DNA of 26,550 nt from IMG/VR virus record IMGVR_UViG_3300005077_000176, positions 1 to 26,550 of that record. One strand, written 5' to 3'. Made by a program: the position numbers and the translations under genes. Every line of letters begins with the position of its first letter. Position 1 is the stretch's first letter. This stretch comes from a virus. Lineage: Duplodnaviria; Caudoviricetes. The notes under the pieces were generated by a model. It saw nothing but the letters and a program-made list of their open reading frames with translations, was not told the DNA's origin and did no database searches. Positions 1 through 9,129 of the stretch are shown here, one piece after another.

Positions 1-197
1 TGAAACTTGATCTTCGACTCCCGATATTCGTAGTTATTGGACACGGGCGCATAGACCCCAGGGCGGATCAGGCCGAGCGATCGGTCCACCCGTGCCTGCC
101 CGATATCAAAGCCGCCATCCGCCAGTGCGATGAAATCCGACAGGAAGTCCACGGCCTCCACGTTATCGGTCAATCTCAATACAAATGGTTGTGTCAT
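1..197 (-). CDS. Tail gene downstream of the tape measure (distal tail protein position), truncated by the window edge
   Basis: Not in the ORF track. ATG at 197 is preceded by AAAAGGA. The frame reads MTQPFVLRLTDNVEAVDFLSDFIALADGGFDIG... and stays open to the window edge. Product inferred from synteny only. Confidence 0.6.
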   Translation of the reverse strand, partial: MTQPFVLRLTDNVEAVDFLSDFIALADGGFDIGQARVDRSLGLIRPGVYAPVSNNYEYRESKIKF

Positions 198-208
198 CCC
201 AGGTCCTT

Positions 209-3200
209 TTAGATCGGAATGTTCCCGCCAAAACTGGTGCGCCGGTTGATCCGGGAGACCAGTTCTGCCGAAACCTGATCGGCCAGTTTGCGGATATCGC
301 TGTCATCCCGAACCACCGGGTTATTGATCGTAATCTGAATGTTGACTTCGCCCGCTGCTCCCGCTGCGCTCAGTGCAGAGAGCAGATTGTGATTCGACAG
401 AATGGATCCATTCGAATTCGGGGAAAACAGTTCCGGCCCAAACTCGCCGACCACATAAGTCCCACCAGCGGTCACTGGCCCGCCCGTCCATCGTCCCTTT
501 TTAGGAGGCGTGGTGCCTAAGCCTCCGCCACCACCTACATATGACGGATCGATATCTCCACCGAGAAAATTCTGCAAACCCTCGACGGCCTTTGATACGA
601 CACCCGTAATGGTATCAATCAGCGCCTTAGCCTTGCCCGTGATCCCATCGATCAATCCCTGCATCCACTCTGCCGCTACATTCTTGAACTCTGTCGCTTT
701 TAAAGAAATTGAAAGTAGCATACCGTTCACACGGTCTGTCAGTTCACGATCCATTCTTATCAAGGAATCAATGGTCTCATGAACCATGTCGTCCCAGGCA
801 TAGGCAAATTCTGTGCCAATATCTACCAGCCACCGGGCCAAAGCAACAAAGGTCGCATCCCAGGCAGCCAAAAGGAACGCACTGATTTCATCCCAGGCCT
901 CTTCCGTGCTCTGCTGGATGCCTGCCCACATTTCAATCCAGGATTTCCTGGCAGGTTCAAACCATGCCTTCAAACCGCCAAAGAAGTTTCCGATCGAGAT
1001 CCCGAGCTTGACCAACCAGGCTTCGAATTTGAAACCAAGCCCCCAAACATACATGATCCATCCAGCCAGGTCAACGAAAAAGGTGATCACAAGTCCAATG
1101 TTTTGGCCTGCCGTTTTTGCCAGCAAATCGATGATACCGGCGATCCCGCCACCTGCACCTTTTGTATCTACATAGCCAAGAGCGGCCATAAAGGTTTCGA
1201 AACCATCCGATAACATTTTCAGACCGGTTGCAAAGTTCTCCAGGTCTTCCGGCCTGATCCGCTCAGTAATCCCGGCCAGGAACGCTTCGATAAATGAGAG
1301 TTTTTTCGGCGCTTCACCGGATTCATCATTGGCTGCCTTGAACGAGCCAATAAAATTCGTCCAGGCGTCACCAATACCCTTCAAAGTCGGAGCGACCTTG
1401 TCATAGGTTTTCCGGGCGGTCTCTCCGAGTTTATACATGGTGTCGTAACCTTCCTGAAGGTCTTCGTCCGTGAAGCCCAGGATCGAATCAGCAGGAAGGG
1501 TGAAACTCTTGCGCTCACGCCCGTTCCAGGCGTCCAGGAAACCCTGGAGCTTTTCCTTCCCCCGATCAAAAAGTTCAAATAAATCCTTGGTCTTTTGGGT
1601 AGCGTCGTCAAGACCATCTTTGAGAGCGCCCAGGTTCAAATCATTGAGGTCGATATCGGGCACATCAAAACCGCTGCCAGGATCAACGGTCCCGCCAGCA
1701 TCATCATCCTTAGCCGCATCCTCGGCGATCTCTTTTAGCAGTTCTGCGATGCGCAAGAAGATATCTTCCTGTTCCTGCAGGCTGTCAATCAGTGCTTTCT
1801 GCGCATCAAGCTGCTGCTTGACCAAGTCAGCCTGTTGTTCAAGGGCGTCCTTTTCCTTGTCCAGTTGAATCAGGTTAGAATCTCGCCTTCGCTTTGCCGC
1901 CCGGATCGCATCCACTTTCCCGGTAACGTTCATGTCCGATGCACCGATAGCAGCGATCTCAGCGCTGTAGTCAGAAAGCAACTGCTTTCGGCGAACCTCA
2001 ATGTCGGCTATTGCCCGCTGAATCTTTTCATATTCCAAAGACAGCCGGATCAGGTCACGGACATTGTCACCGATCTCACCCAGGCCAGAAGTCACGCTGG
2101 TCAGCAGGTTCTCATCCATGAAACCAGTCTCGTTGAACTGCGAGATCAACTTAGAAAGGTTTACCCGGGCACCAGCCAACTTGCGCAGAGCGGCCACAAG
2201 GGGTTCCCCTTCCAGACCGGCTGTCAGAGATTTTTCGATGATCGAACTGACATCTTCAAGGATGCTGAAGTCAGCGGCCTTGAAACCCTGTAAAAAGGTC
2301 TCCATCAGGGAGATGCCCCACTGATCGATTGTAGAGAGCGGGCCTTTTTGGGGCGGCGAGTGCGATTCGAAGAAGGATGCGATCATACCGGCGATCTTGG
2401 AGATGGCTGCAGATACAAAACGCACAGCACCGCTGATCAGCCCCGATCCAATATTCTTGGAAAGGTTCTCACCCCAGGTCTTTGCTCTCACAGCAAGGCG
2501 ACGGAAGTACCCGGCGATGTCATAGCCCATTTGATCTAGCAATTTGAGAATGAGGGCAATTACACCTGTGATCAAAACCGGCCAGGTCAGAAAGTTAGCG
2601 CCAACTGCGGCAATGACCGGGCCAAGTCTGCCGAGGGCAGCTACAAAAAAAGAGACCACCCGCAGCGCCTGCCCGAACCCCATCACGATCAACGTCGCGG
2701 CATGAACCATCTGCCCTAAGAACATGAGAATGGGGCCTAAAATGACGACCAGACCAGCCAGAGCGATCACTTGCACCTGGACGGGCTGACTCAGTTTCTT
2801 GAAAGCATCCGCAAGCATCCGGATGGCCGGGACAGCAACCTGCATGATCGCCCGGAGCGGCGGCAGGAGAGCGTCCCCCATAATGATCCCTGCATCTGCA
2901 ATATTGTTTTTCAGCACGGCTATCTGAGACTTCGTCGAAGTCATCGCCAGGTTGTATTCTTCCAGCAGGGACGAATGGGCTTCCCACTCAGAGCGGGCTT
3001 GAGACAGGCTCGATCTCAGCAGATCTACGTTCGACCTCAAGGCGGCCAGACCACGACCGCCCCGCATATCCGCTACTTCCAGCAAGTTGAGCATCGATCC
3101 AACCTGGTCCTCGCTCCGGCTGGCCGCATCCAGGATATCCAGCAGAACACCAGCGGCGTCTTGACCAAACGCTTCCAGAACAGAATCGGCATCCCGGTAA

Positions 3201-4162
3201 GCATCCGAGTACCCGCTCATGATCCTGGAAACATCTTCTGCGTTCCGGGCGATGTAGATGCCCATGTTCTTCAAGGCCGTTCCGGACTCGCTTGCGCTCA
3301 GGCCGACGCTGACCAGCGCCGCAGAGAATGCGGTTGCGTCTGCAGCGGACATATTCAGCATGGTCGCAAATGGGGCAAACTCCTGCAAGGTGGTCATGAT
3401 CTCACCTGCGGTTGCAGCGGTCTTATTTTCCAGCAAGTTGATCACGTTTGCCAGGCGTTCTACCGAATCAGTCGATTCGCCCAGGTTCCAGCCAAAGGCG
3501 TTGGCGATCTTACCCATCGCGGAGGCGACATGGCTGCCGGACTGGTCGGTGGAGACGGCAAACACGCTGATGGTCTCCGTCAGTTTGGTCAGGGATTCAA
3601 TCGGTGCATCCAGGTCTTCCCAGTCCGCCATCTGGCCGAGGATGCTGGCGATTTCGACAAGTTCGGTATGGGACGACGCCGTATTTACCGCAAGTCCCCG
3701 CAGCCCTTCCCCTAAGTTCCTGACCTGCTCTGCCGTGAAGCCGGTGGTCTTTCTGACACGGGTCAGCCCGTCTTCAAACTCCGTAGCCGCATGTGCCATA
3801 CCGGTAAACAGGCCGGTCAACGGAACGGAAACGAAGAACATCATCGAGCGCCCGAAGTTGGTGACACCCTGCGCAGCCAGCCTGAGCGTATCATTCGTAT
3901 TCATCAGCTGCTCCCGGAAAGTTTGTATTCCCTTCGAAGCAGTCGTGAAGATTTTCCCGCTGTTGGACAGGGCAGTTACGGTGCGCTGACGGGCGGTCTC
4001 CATGGAGGATTGCAGACCAGGGCCGGAAGTAGCGATGCGCTGCGTCAGTTGTTGCGCCTGTGCTCCGACAGCATTTAACGCCGCTCCGAGCCGGCTGGTT
4101 GCATTGACTGCGCTGCTCGAATCGCCCAGGATTTTCAGGAGTACACTGACCGAACCTGCCAT
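209..4162 (-). CDS. Tail tape measure protein (TP901-type core)
   Basis: 1317 aa, Ala/Gly-rich and helical. It has an N-terminal ATEFEDGLTRVRKTTG core, a hydrophobic middle, an HSPPQKGPL motif and a C-terminal GGPVTAGGTYVVGEFGPELF motif. It follows the tail chaperones. Confidence 0.95.
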   Translation of the reverse strand: MAGSVSVLLKILGDSSSAVNATSRLGAALNAVGAQAQQLTQRIATSGPGLQSSMETARQRTVTALSNSGKIFTTASKGIQTFREQLMNTNDTLRLAAQGVTNFGRSMMFFVSVPLTGLFTGMAHAATEFEDGLTRVRKTTGFTAEQVRNLGEGLRGLAVNTASSHTELVEIASILGQMADWEDLDAPIESLTKLTETISVFAVSTDQSGSHVASAMGKIANAFGWNLGESTDSVERLANVINLLENKTAATAGEIMTTLQEFAPFATMLNMSAADATAFSAALVSVGLSASESGTALKNMGIYIARNAEDVSRIMSGYSDAYRDADSVLEAFGQDAAGVLLDILDAASRSEDQVGSMLNLLEVADMRGGRGLAALRSNVDLLRSSLSQARSEWEAHSSLLEEYNLAMTSTKSQIAVLKNNIADAGIIMGDALLPPLRAIMQVAVPAIRMLADAFKKLSQPVQVQVIALAGLVVILGPILMFLGQMVHAATLIVMGFGQALRVVSFFVAALGRLGPVIAAVGANFLTWPVLITGVIALILKLLDQMGYDIAGYFRRLAVRAKTWGENLSKNIGSGLISGAVRFVSAAISKIAGMIASFFESHSPPQKGPLSTIDQWGISLMETFLQGFKAADFSILEDVSSIIEKSLTAGLEGEPLVAALRKLAGARVNLSKLISQFNETGFMDENLLTSVTSGLGEIGDNVRDLIRLSLEYEKIQRAIADIEVRRKQLLSDYSAEIAAIGASDMNVTGKVDAIRAAKRRRDSNLIQLDKEKDALEQQADLVKQQLDAQKALIDSLQEQEDIFLRIAELLKEIAEDAAKDDDAGGTVDPGSGFDVPDIDLNDLNLGALKDGLDDATQKTKDLFELFDRGKEKLQGFLDAWNGRERKSFTLPADSILGFTDEDLQEGYDTMYKLGETARKTYDKVAPTLKGIGDAWTNFIGSFKAANDESGEAPKKLSFIEAFLAGITERIRPEDLENFATGLKMLSDGFETFMAALGYVDTKGAGGGIAGIIDLLAKTAGQNIGLVITFFVDLAGWIMYVWGLGFKFEAWLVKLGISIGNFFGGLKAWFEPARKSWIEMWAGIQQSTEEAWDEISAFLLAAWDATFVALARWLVDIGTEFAYAWDDMVHETIDSLIRMDRELTDRVNGMLLSISLKATEFKNVAAEWMQGLIDGITGKAKALIDTITGVVSKAVEGLQNFLGGDIDPSYVGGGGGLGTTPPKKGRWTGGPVTAGGTYVVGEFGPELFSPNSNGSILSNHNLLSALSAAGAAGEVNIQITINNPVVRDDSDIRKLADQVSAELVSRINRRTSFGGNIPI

Positions 4163-4165
4163 GGC

Positions 4166-4585
4166 TTATTCCTTAATAACCTGAACGTCCTTGAACAAGG
4201 GATTATTGGGGTCATCCCCAGCGTCTAAAATCACAGCGACTTCACCGGATTTCAGCTTCCCGCTCCGGAAAAGGCGCTCTCTCCGGCTCTGCGCTGGCCG
4301 CCACGGTAGCGCCGAATCGAACAGTCTGTCAATCGACCTGCTGTATCGATCCAGCCCCTGGGCAGCGTTCTTATCCATCGTAGACCGGGCAAGCGGGATG
4401 AGCAGCTTCAGCATCTTGAACTGGTTGATCTCGTCTTCCCGGATCATGCGCCAGGTGTCTTCTAACCACCCGACGCCATACATCTCCACGTGATCGATGA
4501 TTACTTCGTCTGTCCATCCATAGGCTGATCGGATGTCGTGGAGCGCTCTTCCGTTGAACCGGAGGAGTTGGGCACGGAGAAAAAA
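4166..4585 (-). CDS. Tail assembly chaperone GT extension, reached by -1 frameshift from the upstream gene (fusion about 256 aa)
   Basis: The -1 frame opens just after a TGA that precedes the slippery heptamer. It reads FFLRAQLLRFNGRALHDIRSAYGWTDEVIIDHVEMYGVGW... into the tracked ORF 4166..4489, whose GTG has no obvious SD. Confidence 0.85.
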   Translation of the reverse strand, partial: FFLRAQLLRFNGRALHDIRSAYGWTDEVIIDHVEMYGVGWLEDTWRMIREDEINQFKMLKLLIPLARSTMDKNAAQGLDRYSRSIDRLFDSALPWRPAQSRRERLFRSGKLKSGEVAVILDAGDDPNNPLFKDVQVIKE

Positions 4586-4935
4586 CGGTCAATTAACCTC
4601 TGAAGTGCAGGCTGATTGTTATAGGTCAGGATGGCCGCATCGATCAAAACAGCGATGTCGAAATATGCTTCGGATACAGCCGGGTCGCAGCCGATCACGG
4701 CGGTGAACAGGTCCATCAAGGCGTCCTCGTCAAGCTCATCGATCATCCGGAGAATGAATTCAAGCCCAGTCATCTGAGAGCCGCCAGGCTGAATAGAACG
4801 AGCCGCACGGTAGCCGTGTTTCGACGCCCATTTCGTAAGCTGGAGCACCTGCCTGGCCTGCGCCCGACCTGTCTTCACGACAGGATATCGCTCACCACCA
4901 AGGTCGATCTCAGTCATAACCAACTCTTCACGCAT
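4501..4935 (-). CDS. Tail assembly chaperone (gpG analogue), 144 aa
   Basis: Start revised to ATG 4935 (SD AAGGAG). It lies between tail tube and tape measure, has an acidic helical sequence and a low-complexity tail after the slippery site. Confidence 0.85.
   Translation of the reverse strand: MREELVMTEIDLGGERYPVVKTGRAQARQVLQLTKWASKHGYRAARSIQPGGSQMTGLEFILRMIDELDEDALMDLFTAVIGCDPAVSEAYFDIAVLIDAAILTYNNQPALQRLIDRFFSVPNSSGSTEERSTTSDQPMDGQTK
4579..4585 (-). promoter_or_regulatory. -1 programmed ribosomal frameshift site T TTT TTC
   Basis: X XXY YYZ heptamer in the correct phase (CGT TTT TTC) that links the two chaperone frames. Confidence 0.85.
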
Positions 4936-4949
4936 CTTTTTCTCCTTGT

Positions 4950-4995
4950 AAATAAAATGAAACCCCAGGCGTACTGGATAACAGTGCACCCGGGG
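4950..4995 (-). terminator. Intrinsic terminator or attenuator after the tail tube gene
   Basis: CCCCGGGTGCACTG-TTATC-CAGTACGCCTGGGG forms a 14 bp stem with one mismatch and GU pairs on the minus strand, followed by TTTCATTTTATTT. Confidence 0.75.
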
Positions 4996-5023
4996 CGAAT
5001 GATTGACTTTACTCAGGCAGGAA

Positions 5024-5443
5024 CTATCCCGTCCGTGTCAGGGCACCCTGACCCTCAAACTCCACACTCAGGGTGGCAAAGTCGTCCGTGCCAACGCTAT
5101 GCTCGACGCTTGTCAGAACAGCCAGACCTTCCCAGTACTTACCCGTTTGACGCAGTGAAGTGTAGAACCGCAGTTTTACCGTCTCACCTGCAACCACCGT
5201 GTTGAAGATCGTGTTCGACGCATCATCATAATAGCCGTTGATCGATCCGCTCCAGGACATCCATGTTCGGGCTTTCTCTACCCAGGCGCTCGCCAATGAA
5301 GCGACAAAAATCTTGTGCTCTGCCGAATCAACATTGATGTTGATCGAAAACTCGTTCCGTTCCGTTAACGGCGACCAGGTGGAATACCCGCTGGCCGCAA
5401 AAGCAATATCAATCCGTGCGTCAATCCCTACCACTGCAGCCAT
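5024..5443 (-). CDS. Tail tube (major tail) protein
   Basis: 139 aa, beta-rich, with SWSGSINGYYD, YWEGLAVLTS and a C-terminal FEGQGAL typical of tail tube proteins. SD AGGAGG. Synteny supports the call. Confidence 0.88.
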   Translation of the reverse strand: MAAVVGIDARIDIAFAASGYSTWSPLTERNEFSININVDSAEHKIFVASLASAWVEKARTWMSWSGSINGYYDDASNTIFNTVVAGETVKLRFYTSLRQTGKYWEGLAVLTSVEHSVGTDDFATLSVEFEGQGALTRTG

Positions 5444-5538
5444 GTCGACCTCCTAAGCAGCTGGTGAAAATAGTCACTGCTACACACAGAGTTGCACATG
5501 GTTTCGCTCATCACAAGAAACATCCCATCTCTCACATA

Positions 5539-5570
5539 CTTCAATCAATTTGGATGGCTAAATGCAAAAA
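5539..5570 (-). promoter_or_regulatory. Putative phage late promoter (copy upstream of tail tube)
   Basis: TTTTTGCATTT-12 nt-TGATTGAAG, one of six equally spaced copies. Confidence 0.75.
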
Positions 5571-5933
5571 CTACTTAATGAATTTCCTGAAGCCGTCAAT
5601 ATTCGAGACAGAACTGGCCTGAATGGGAATTGCAGGGACAGCCTTTACCGGAATATACAGCGCCCCACCCTCCACCAGCGCACCCTGCACAAGGGCCAGG
5701 ACAAAAGCCAGGTCTTCCTGGGGAATACCCGCAGGCTCAAACCGGATCGCAGGACAGGCCCCGTATGGGCGGAGGTATTCTTTGCTCTTCCACGCCTCTG
5801 CAATATCGGCGTTTACTAAAACGACGCCTTCCCGCTCATATTCCGCCAGCGCTTGCGGGTAAATGACATCGCTCAACCGCTCTTCAACGGCTGGCAGTTT
5901 CTCTTGCCCATCATCAGCGTCTTTTACTTTCAT
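5571..5933 (-). CDS. Hypothetical protein in the tail module
   Basis: 120 aa ORF with SD AGGAGG, co-oriented and tightly packed with its neighbours. Confidence 0.75.
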   Translation of the reverse strand: MKVKDADDGQEKLPAVEERLSDVIYPQALAEYEREGVVLVNADIAEAWKSKEYLRPYGACPAIRFEPAGIPQEDLAFVLALVQGALVEGGALYIPVKAVPAIPIQASSVSNIDGFRKFIK

Positions 5934-5942
5934 CGTATCCTC

Positions 5943-6377
5943 CTAACGATCCAATCCAGTCACTACGAACGGCATCCAGTAGAACGGGGTGTCGTTTATT
6001 TTTATTGGCTCGGCCACGTCAATATCACTCACCCGTGCGAGCGGGGAAACCCCACCTAAAGTCGGATCCTCTTTCAGCATCGATGCCAGCCTGGTTGCGA
6101 TTTCCCGCACGGACATGTCTGTGTCGATCCCGGTGTACTGGATCAAGAAAACACCGGCAAAGGTCCAGTGCCAGTCCAGGCCTTTCATCACCTGTTGGCT
6201 GTCTGGCCTGCCGCCGCCAAACTCGATATAGACGCCGTAAGGGGATCCCTCGGAGAACATGGCATCGACGACAGCGTCAAGATCGCTGGCCTTCACCCGG
6301 TTCGGGTTGAGTTCTCCAGGAAAGGCAGCGACCAGTCTTGCGATCAATGCATCTTCGATAGCTCTGTAGCCACGCAT
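5943..6377 (-). CDS. Probable tail terminator/completion protein
   Basis: 144 aa with N-terminal IEDALIARL and a LKEDPTLGG motif. It sits between the neck and tail tube genes. Confidence 0.65.
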   Translation of the reverse strand: MRGYRAIEDALIARLVAAFPGELNPNRVKASDLDAVVDAMFSEGSPYGVYIEFGGGRPDSQQVMKGLDWHWTFAGVFLIQYTGIDTDMSVREIATRLASMLKEDPTLGGVSPLARVSDIDVAEPIKINDTPFYWMPFVVTGLDR

Positions 6378-6381
6378 CGGT

Positions 6382-7122
6382 TTACCTCAGCCGCTTCCCT
6401 GAAAATAGCTGGACATCCGCCTGTTTTGCACCGCTGGCTAACCATTTTGCATACAGGGTAGCGCCATCCCACAGGGCATCGACGACATCATCGAAGTACT
6501 TGCGCTGTTTGATCGTCCACTTGACGTAGTCAAAGCGGCCTCTGCCTGCCGCCCCTGGCGTGAAGGTGTTCCAGTCCGATGTCCTCCGAAAAGAACCCTT
6601 CATAAAGATTGCCCACTGCAGCGCCTTCAGGCCCGCCTCAAAACCAGGGTTACCGTCGCCTGCTCTCGCCCGGCGGATATAGGCTCGCTGAGAGTGCTTC
6701 CCGGAGCGTGCCTTTACGGAAACATATTTGTGGCCGAAGTGATCCATCAAGTTTCCGATCCCCTTATCCTGCGCCCATTTACGCAGAACACCTGCGGGAG
6801 GCATCGACCCTGGCCGCATCCCTTTACGGATCAGAGAGTTCGCAATGGTCTTGTCGCCTTCGATAACATTAACCACGAACTGCTCACCACGAACCTCTTT
6901 TGGCGTTTCGATGGTGATGTTTTCTGCCGCTGCGCCAGAAGCGCCAACTTTGTATTTATGACCTGGGGACAGCATTTCGGACATCCGCTGGCGGGCGGCG
7001 TTTGCCGCATTAATCGCATACCCACGGGTAATGTTGTTTGCCGTTGCCTGTTCCTGGGATGTCAGCCTTTTCCAGGGTTTAGCCGACTTCTGGAAATAGA
7101 AGGTAAAGAGATTGGCGGGCAT
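6382..7122 (-). CDS. Probable neck/tail-completion protein (HK97 gp10-like position), 246 aa
   Basis: Start revised to ATG 7122, a TGATG overlap with the upstream stop. Basic protein with GMRPGSMPPAGVLRKWAQDKGI. Call rests on synteny. Confidence 0.6.
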   Translation of the reverse strand: MPANLFTFYFQKSAKPWKRLTSQEQATANNITRGYAINAANAARQRMSEMLSPGHKYKVGASGAAAENITIETPKEVRGEQFVVNVIEGDKTIANSLIRKGMRPGSMPPAGVLRKWAQDKGIGNLMDHFGHKYVSVKARSGKHSQRAYIRRARAGDGNPGFEAGLKALQWAIFMKGSFRRTSDWNTFTPGAAGRGRFDYVKWTIKQRKYFDDVVDALWDGATLYAKWLASGAKQADVQLFSGKRLR

Positions 7123-7685
7123 CAGCGTGATCGGACTCTCTGCCGTTTCAGAAGCTGGCGCATAATCCTGACCAGGTGAGAAGTCAGGCCAATGTTGGCA
7201 TTGGGTGTCTCTTCGCCCGCCTTCGGTTCGCTGTCTGCCCACTTCAAACTGCCATCCGAGCCGGCCCTGCGGCGATAATTGATGATAGCCACGATCATTG
7301 CGGCAGCAGTCATCCGGATAGTGCCCGTAATGTTCGCCGATCCGGAGGTGTAATACAACCGGACGTTCAAGTTCCCACGTGGGAAGATTTGCGATTTCAA
7401 GGCGATCTGGTCGCTGAAAACGATGGTATCATCTGCTGATAGATTGACATCGCTGATATAAACTGCCTGGACGGAGATGATTGGTGGAAAACGAACACGG
7501 ATGAGGTTCGTGCCATCCCCATTGTGGTACTCGTTTTCGATCACCTGGGATGCTCCAAGATAGGGCTGATCCAGGTGCTCACGGATCAGGCTCTCCACCA
7601 TATCCGACCACTCGTCCTTTAGCTCGGATGCTGTAATCGGGTGAATTGAAATAACATCCTCTTTCCTACAAAGCACCCAGGCCAT
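7122..7685 (-). CDS. Head-tail adaptor/connector protein
   Basis: 187 aa, first gene after the capsid. It has EYHNGDG, FPPIISVQAV and FPRGNLNVRLYYTSG segments typical of adaptors carrying a beta insertion. Confidence 0.75.
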   Translation of the reverse strand: MAWVLCRKEDVISIHPITASELKDEWSDMVESLIREHLDQPYLGASQVIENEYHNGDGTNLIRVRFPPIISVQAVYISDVNLSADDTIVFSDQIALKSQIFPRGNLNVRLYYTSGSANITGTIRMTAAAMIVAIINYRRRAGSDGSLKWADSEPKAGEETPNANIGLTSHLVRIMRQLLKRQRVRSR

Positions 7686-7721
7686 AACGCCGCTCCCTGT
7701 CTAAACTTAGACTCTCACCCT

Positions 7722-7753
7722 CTACAATCGAAGTTCGATCTAAAAAGTAAAAG
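7722..7753 (-). promoter_or_regulatory. Putative phage late promoter (copy upstream of head-tail adaptor)
   Basis: CTTTTACTTTT-12 nt-CGATTGTAG. Confidence 0.7.
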
Positions 7754-7775
7754 CCCCCGGCGATTGCCAGGGGCT
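7742..7775 (-). terminator. Intrinsic terminator after the major capsid gene
   Basis: AGCCCCTGGC-AATC-GCCGGGGGCT followed by TTTACTTTTT. Confidence 0.85.
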
Positions 7776-7800
7776 GTCCGATCAGGAAGATCAGGCAGTA

Positions 7801-9120
7801 CTAAGCCAGCTTTGCGTGGCGGATCACCGACGCCAGGTTGGGGTATGGAACCTTTACGGCGTGGTACGACTTGAGCATGTAGTCGTAGGTATCCTTCACC
7901 CGGGCGAGTTCGACAAAGCTGATCGCATTTTCGATCTTGCGGCCCATATCGTCGATCTTACCGATGAAGCTCGCACCCCGAGCAGGGTTCATATTGAAAG
8001 TGGCGATGATCTGCTCGCCGGATTCCAACGGTTTGATCGCCTTCGGGGTCTTTGCACCCGCATCCGTGTAGGTCGCTATCGCGCCGTTGACCGTACCATC
8101 CGCAGCGTAGGTCAACGCCGGGATGATATCGATCAACTGATAGGAACCGGCACCAGCCTTACGCCAGATCATATACAGAACCGCATTCGGATCGGCAGTC
8201 CAGGTCAGATCAGCGCTCAAGTTGGTGGTCGCAGCAACCACATTCGCAGATGCGGTTCCGCCAACCTGCTCGCCATAATAGGTGACCGAAGAGATGCGGT
8301 AGTTATAGGTTGCAGCGGCGAGGGCACCGCCAGCGGCTACGACTGCGGTGCATGCGGGCGAAGTGCTCGTGCTTTCCGGAGCAACGTAATCGGTCTCGTA
8401 GATCGGGCGCTTGCCATAAGCAGCCATTTCGGTCCGGCCATCCGCCAGGGTAACGCCCTGCAGGGGCAACTGGATTTTGGTCTGCAAACCATCTACCACC
8501 TGTTTCATTTGCTGGCTCATCAGCCACAGGTAGGGATCCAGGCGGGTCTGGCGGTGCCTGGCGCTCAGGTTAATCGCTGCATCGAGATCAGCCAGGGTGA
8601 TCTTGTCGCCGCCTGCGTCGACCACATTCTCCGGGGCGTAGGCGTACATCCGGGAAATAGCGCCCGAATACTGGTAGGCGTCCCCCGTGAAACCAATATC
8701 ACCTGTGGTGCCGAACAGAACACCGTATTCCATAACATCGCTCATACCCTGAATAGAACCAGCCAGTTCGATGGCCAGGGCATCAACGAACTTCTCGTCA
8801 ACGGCCTGGGCAAAACCCGAAACCGACCCCCAAATGCGGGCGATCTTCAGGTCAACGGACTTTCGGGTGTAGGTCGACCGCTTTGCGTTCGGAGCGGTCT
8901 CTTCACCCTCAAACCAGGCTTTAGGATGTGCGGTACGGATCGAGTACGAGTGAGTCAGGCCTTCTGCCTCGCCGAACTGCATCAGGGAGACCAACGGTTG
9001 AAGGCGGGACAGTTCTTCGTAGAGAACCTTCTCCAGATCGTAGGGGATCAGGTCAGGAGAGTTCCCGGCGGTCAGGGCTTTCTTCAATTCGGAAACAATC
9101 GCTGCTTGTTTAGCGAACAT
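7801..9120 (-). CDS. Major capsid protein (HK97 fold) with an internal FN3/Ig-like insertion
   Basis: 439 aa, directly after the protease/scaffold and followed by a strong terminator. Segments LIPYDLEK, WFEGE, IWGSVSGFAQ and ITLADLDAAI fit an HK97-fold capsid. SD GAGGTG. Confidence 0.88.
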   Translation of the reverse strand: MFAKQAAIVSELKKALTAGNSPDLIPYDLEKVLYEELSRLQPLVSLMQFGEAEGLTHSYSIRTAHPKAWFEGEETAPNAKRSTYTRKSVDLKIARIWGSVSGFAQAVDEKFVDALAIELAGSIQGMSDVMEYGVLFGTTGDIGFTGDAYQYSGAISRMYAYAPENVVDAGGDKITLADLDAAINLSARHRQTRLDPYLWLMSQQMKQVVDGLQTKIQLPLQGVTLADGRTEMAAYGKRPIYETDYVAPESTSTSPACTAVVAAGGALAAATYNYRISSVTYYGEQVGGTASANVVAATTNLSADLTWTADPNAVLYMIWRKAGAGSYQLIDIIPALTYAADGTVNGAIATYTDAGAKTPKAIKPLESGEQIIATFNMNPARGASFIGKIDDMGRKIENAISFVELARVKDTYDYMLKSYHAVKVPYPNLASVIRHAKLA

Positions 9121-9129
9121 GATTCACCT

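Noticed and set aside
2326-2334. CGATTGTAG on the plus strand inside the tape measure gene
   Set aside because: It matches only the downstream half of the late motif. The upstream box position reads CATCAGGGAGA, and the site is antisense and intragenic.
5500-5515. TGATGAGCGAAAC in the tail tube leader resembling a hammerhead core
   Set aside because: It lacks the C of CUGA and has no stem II.
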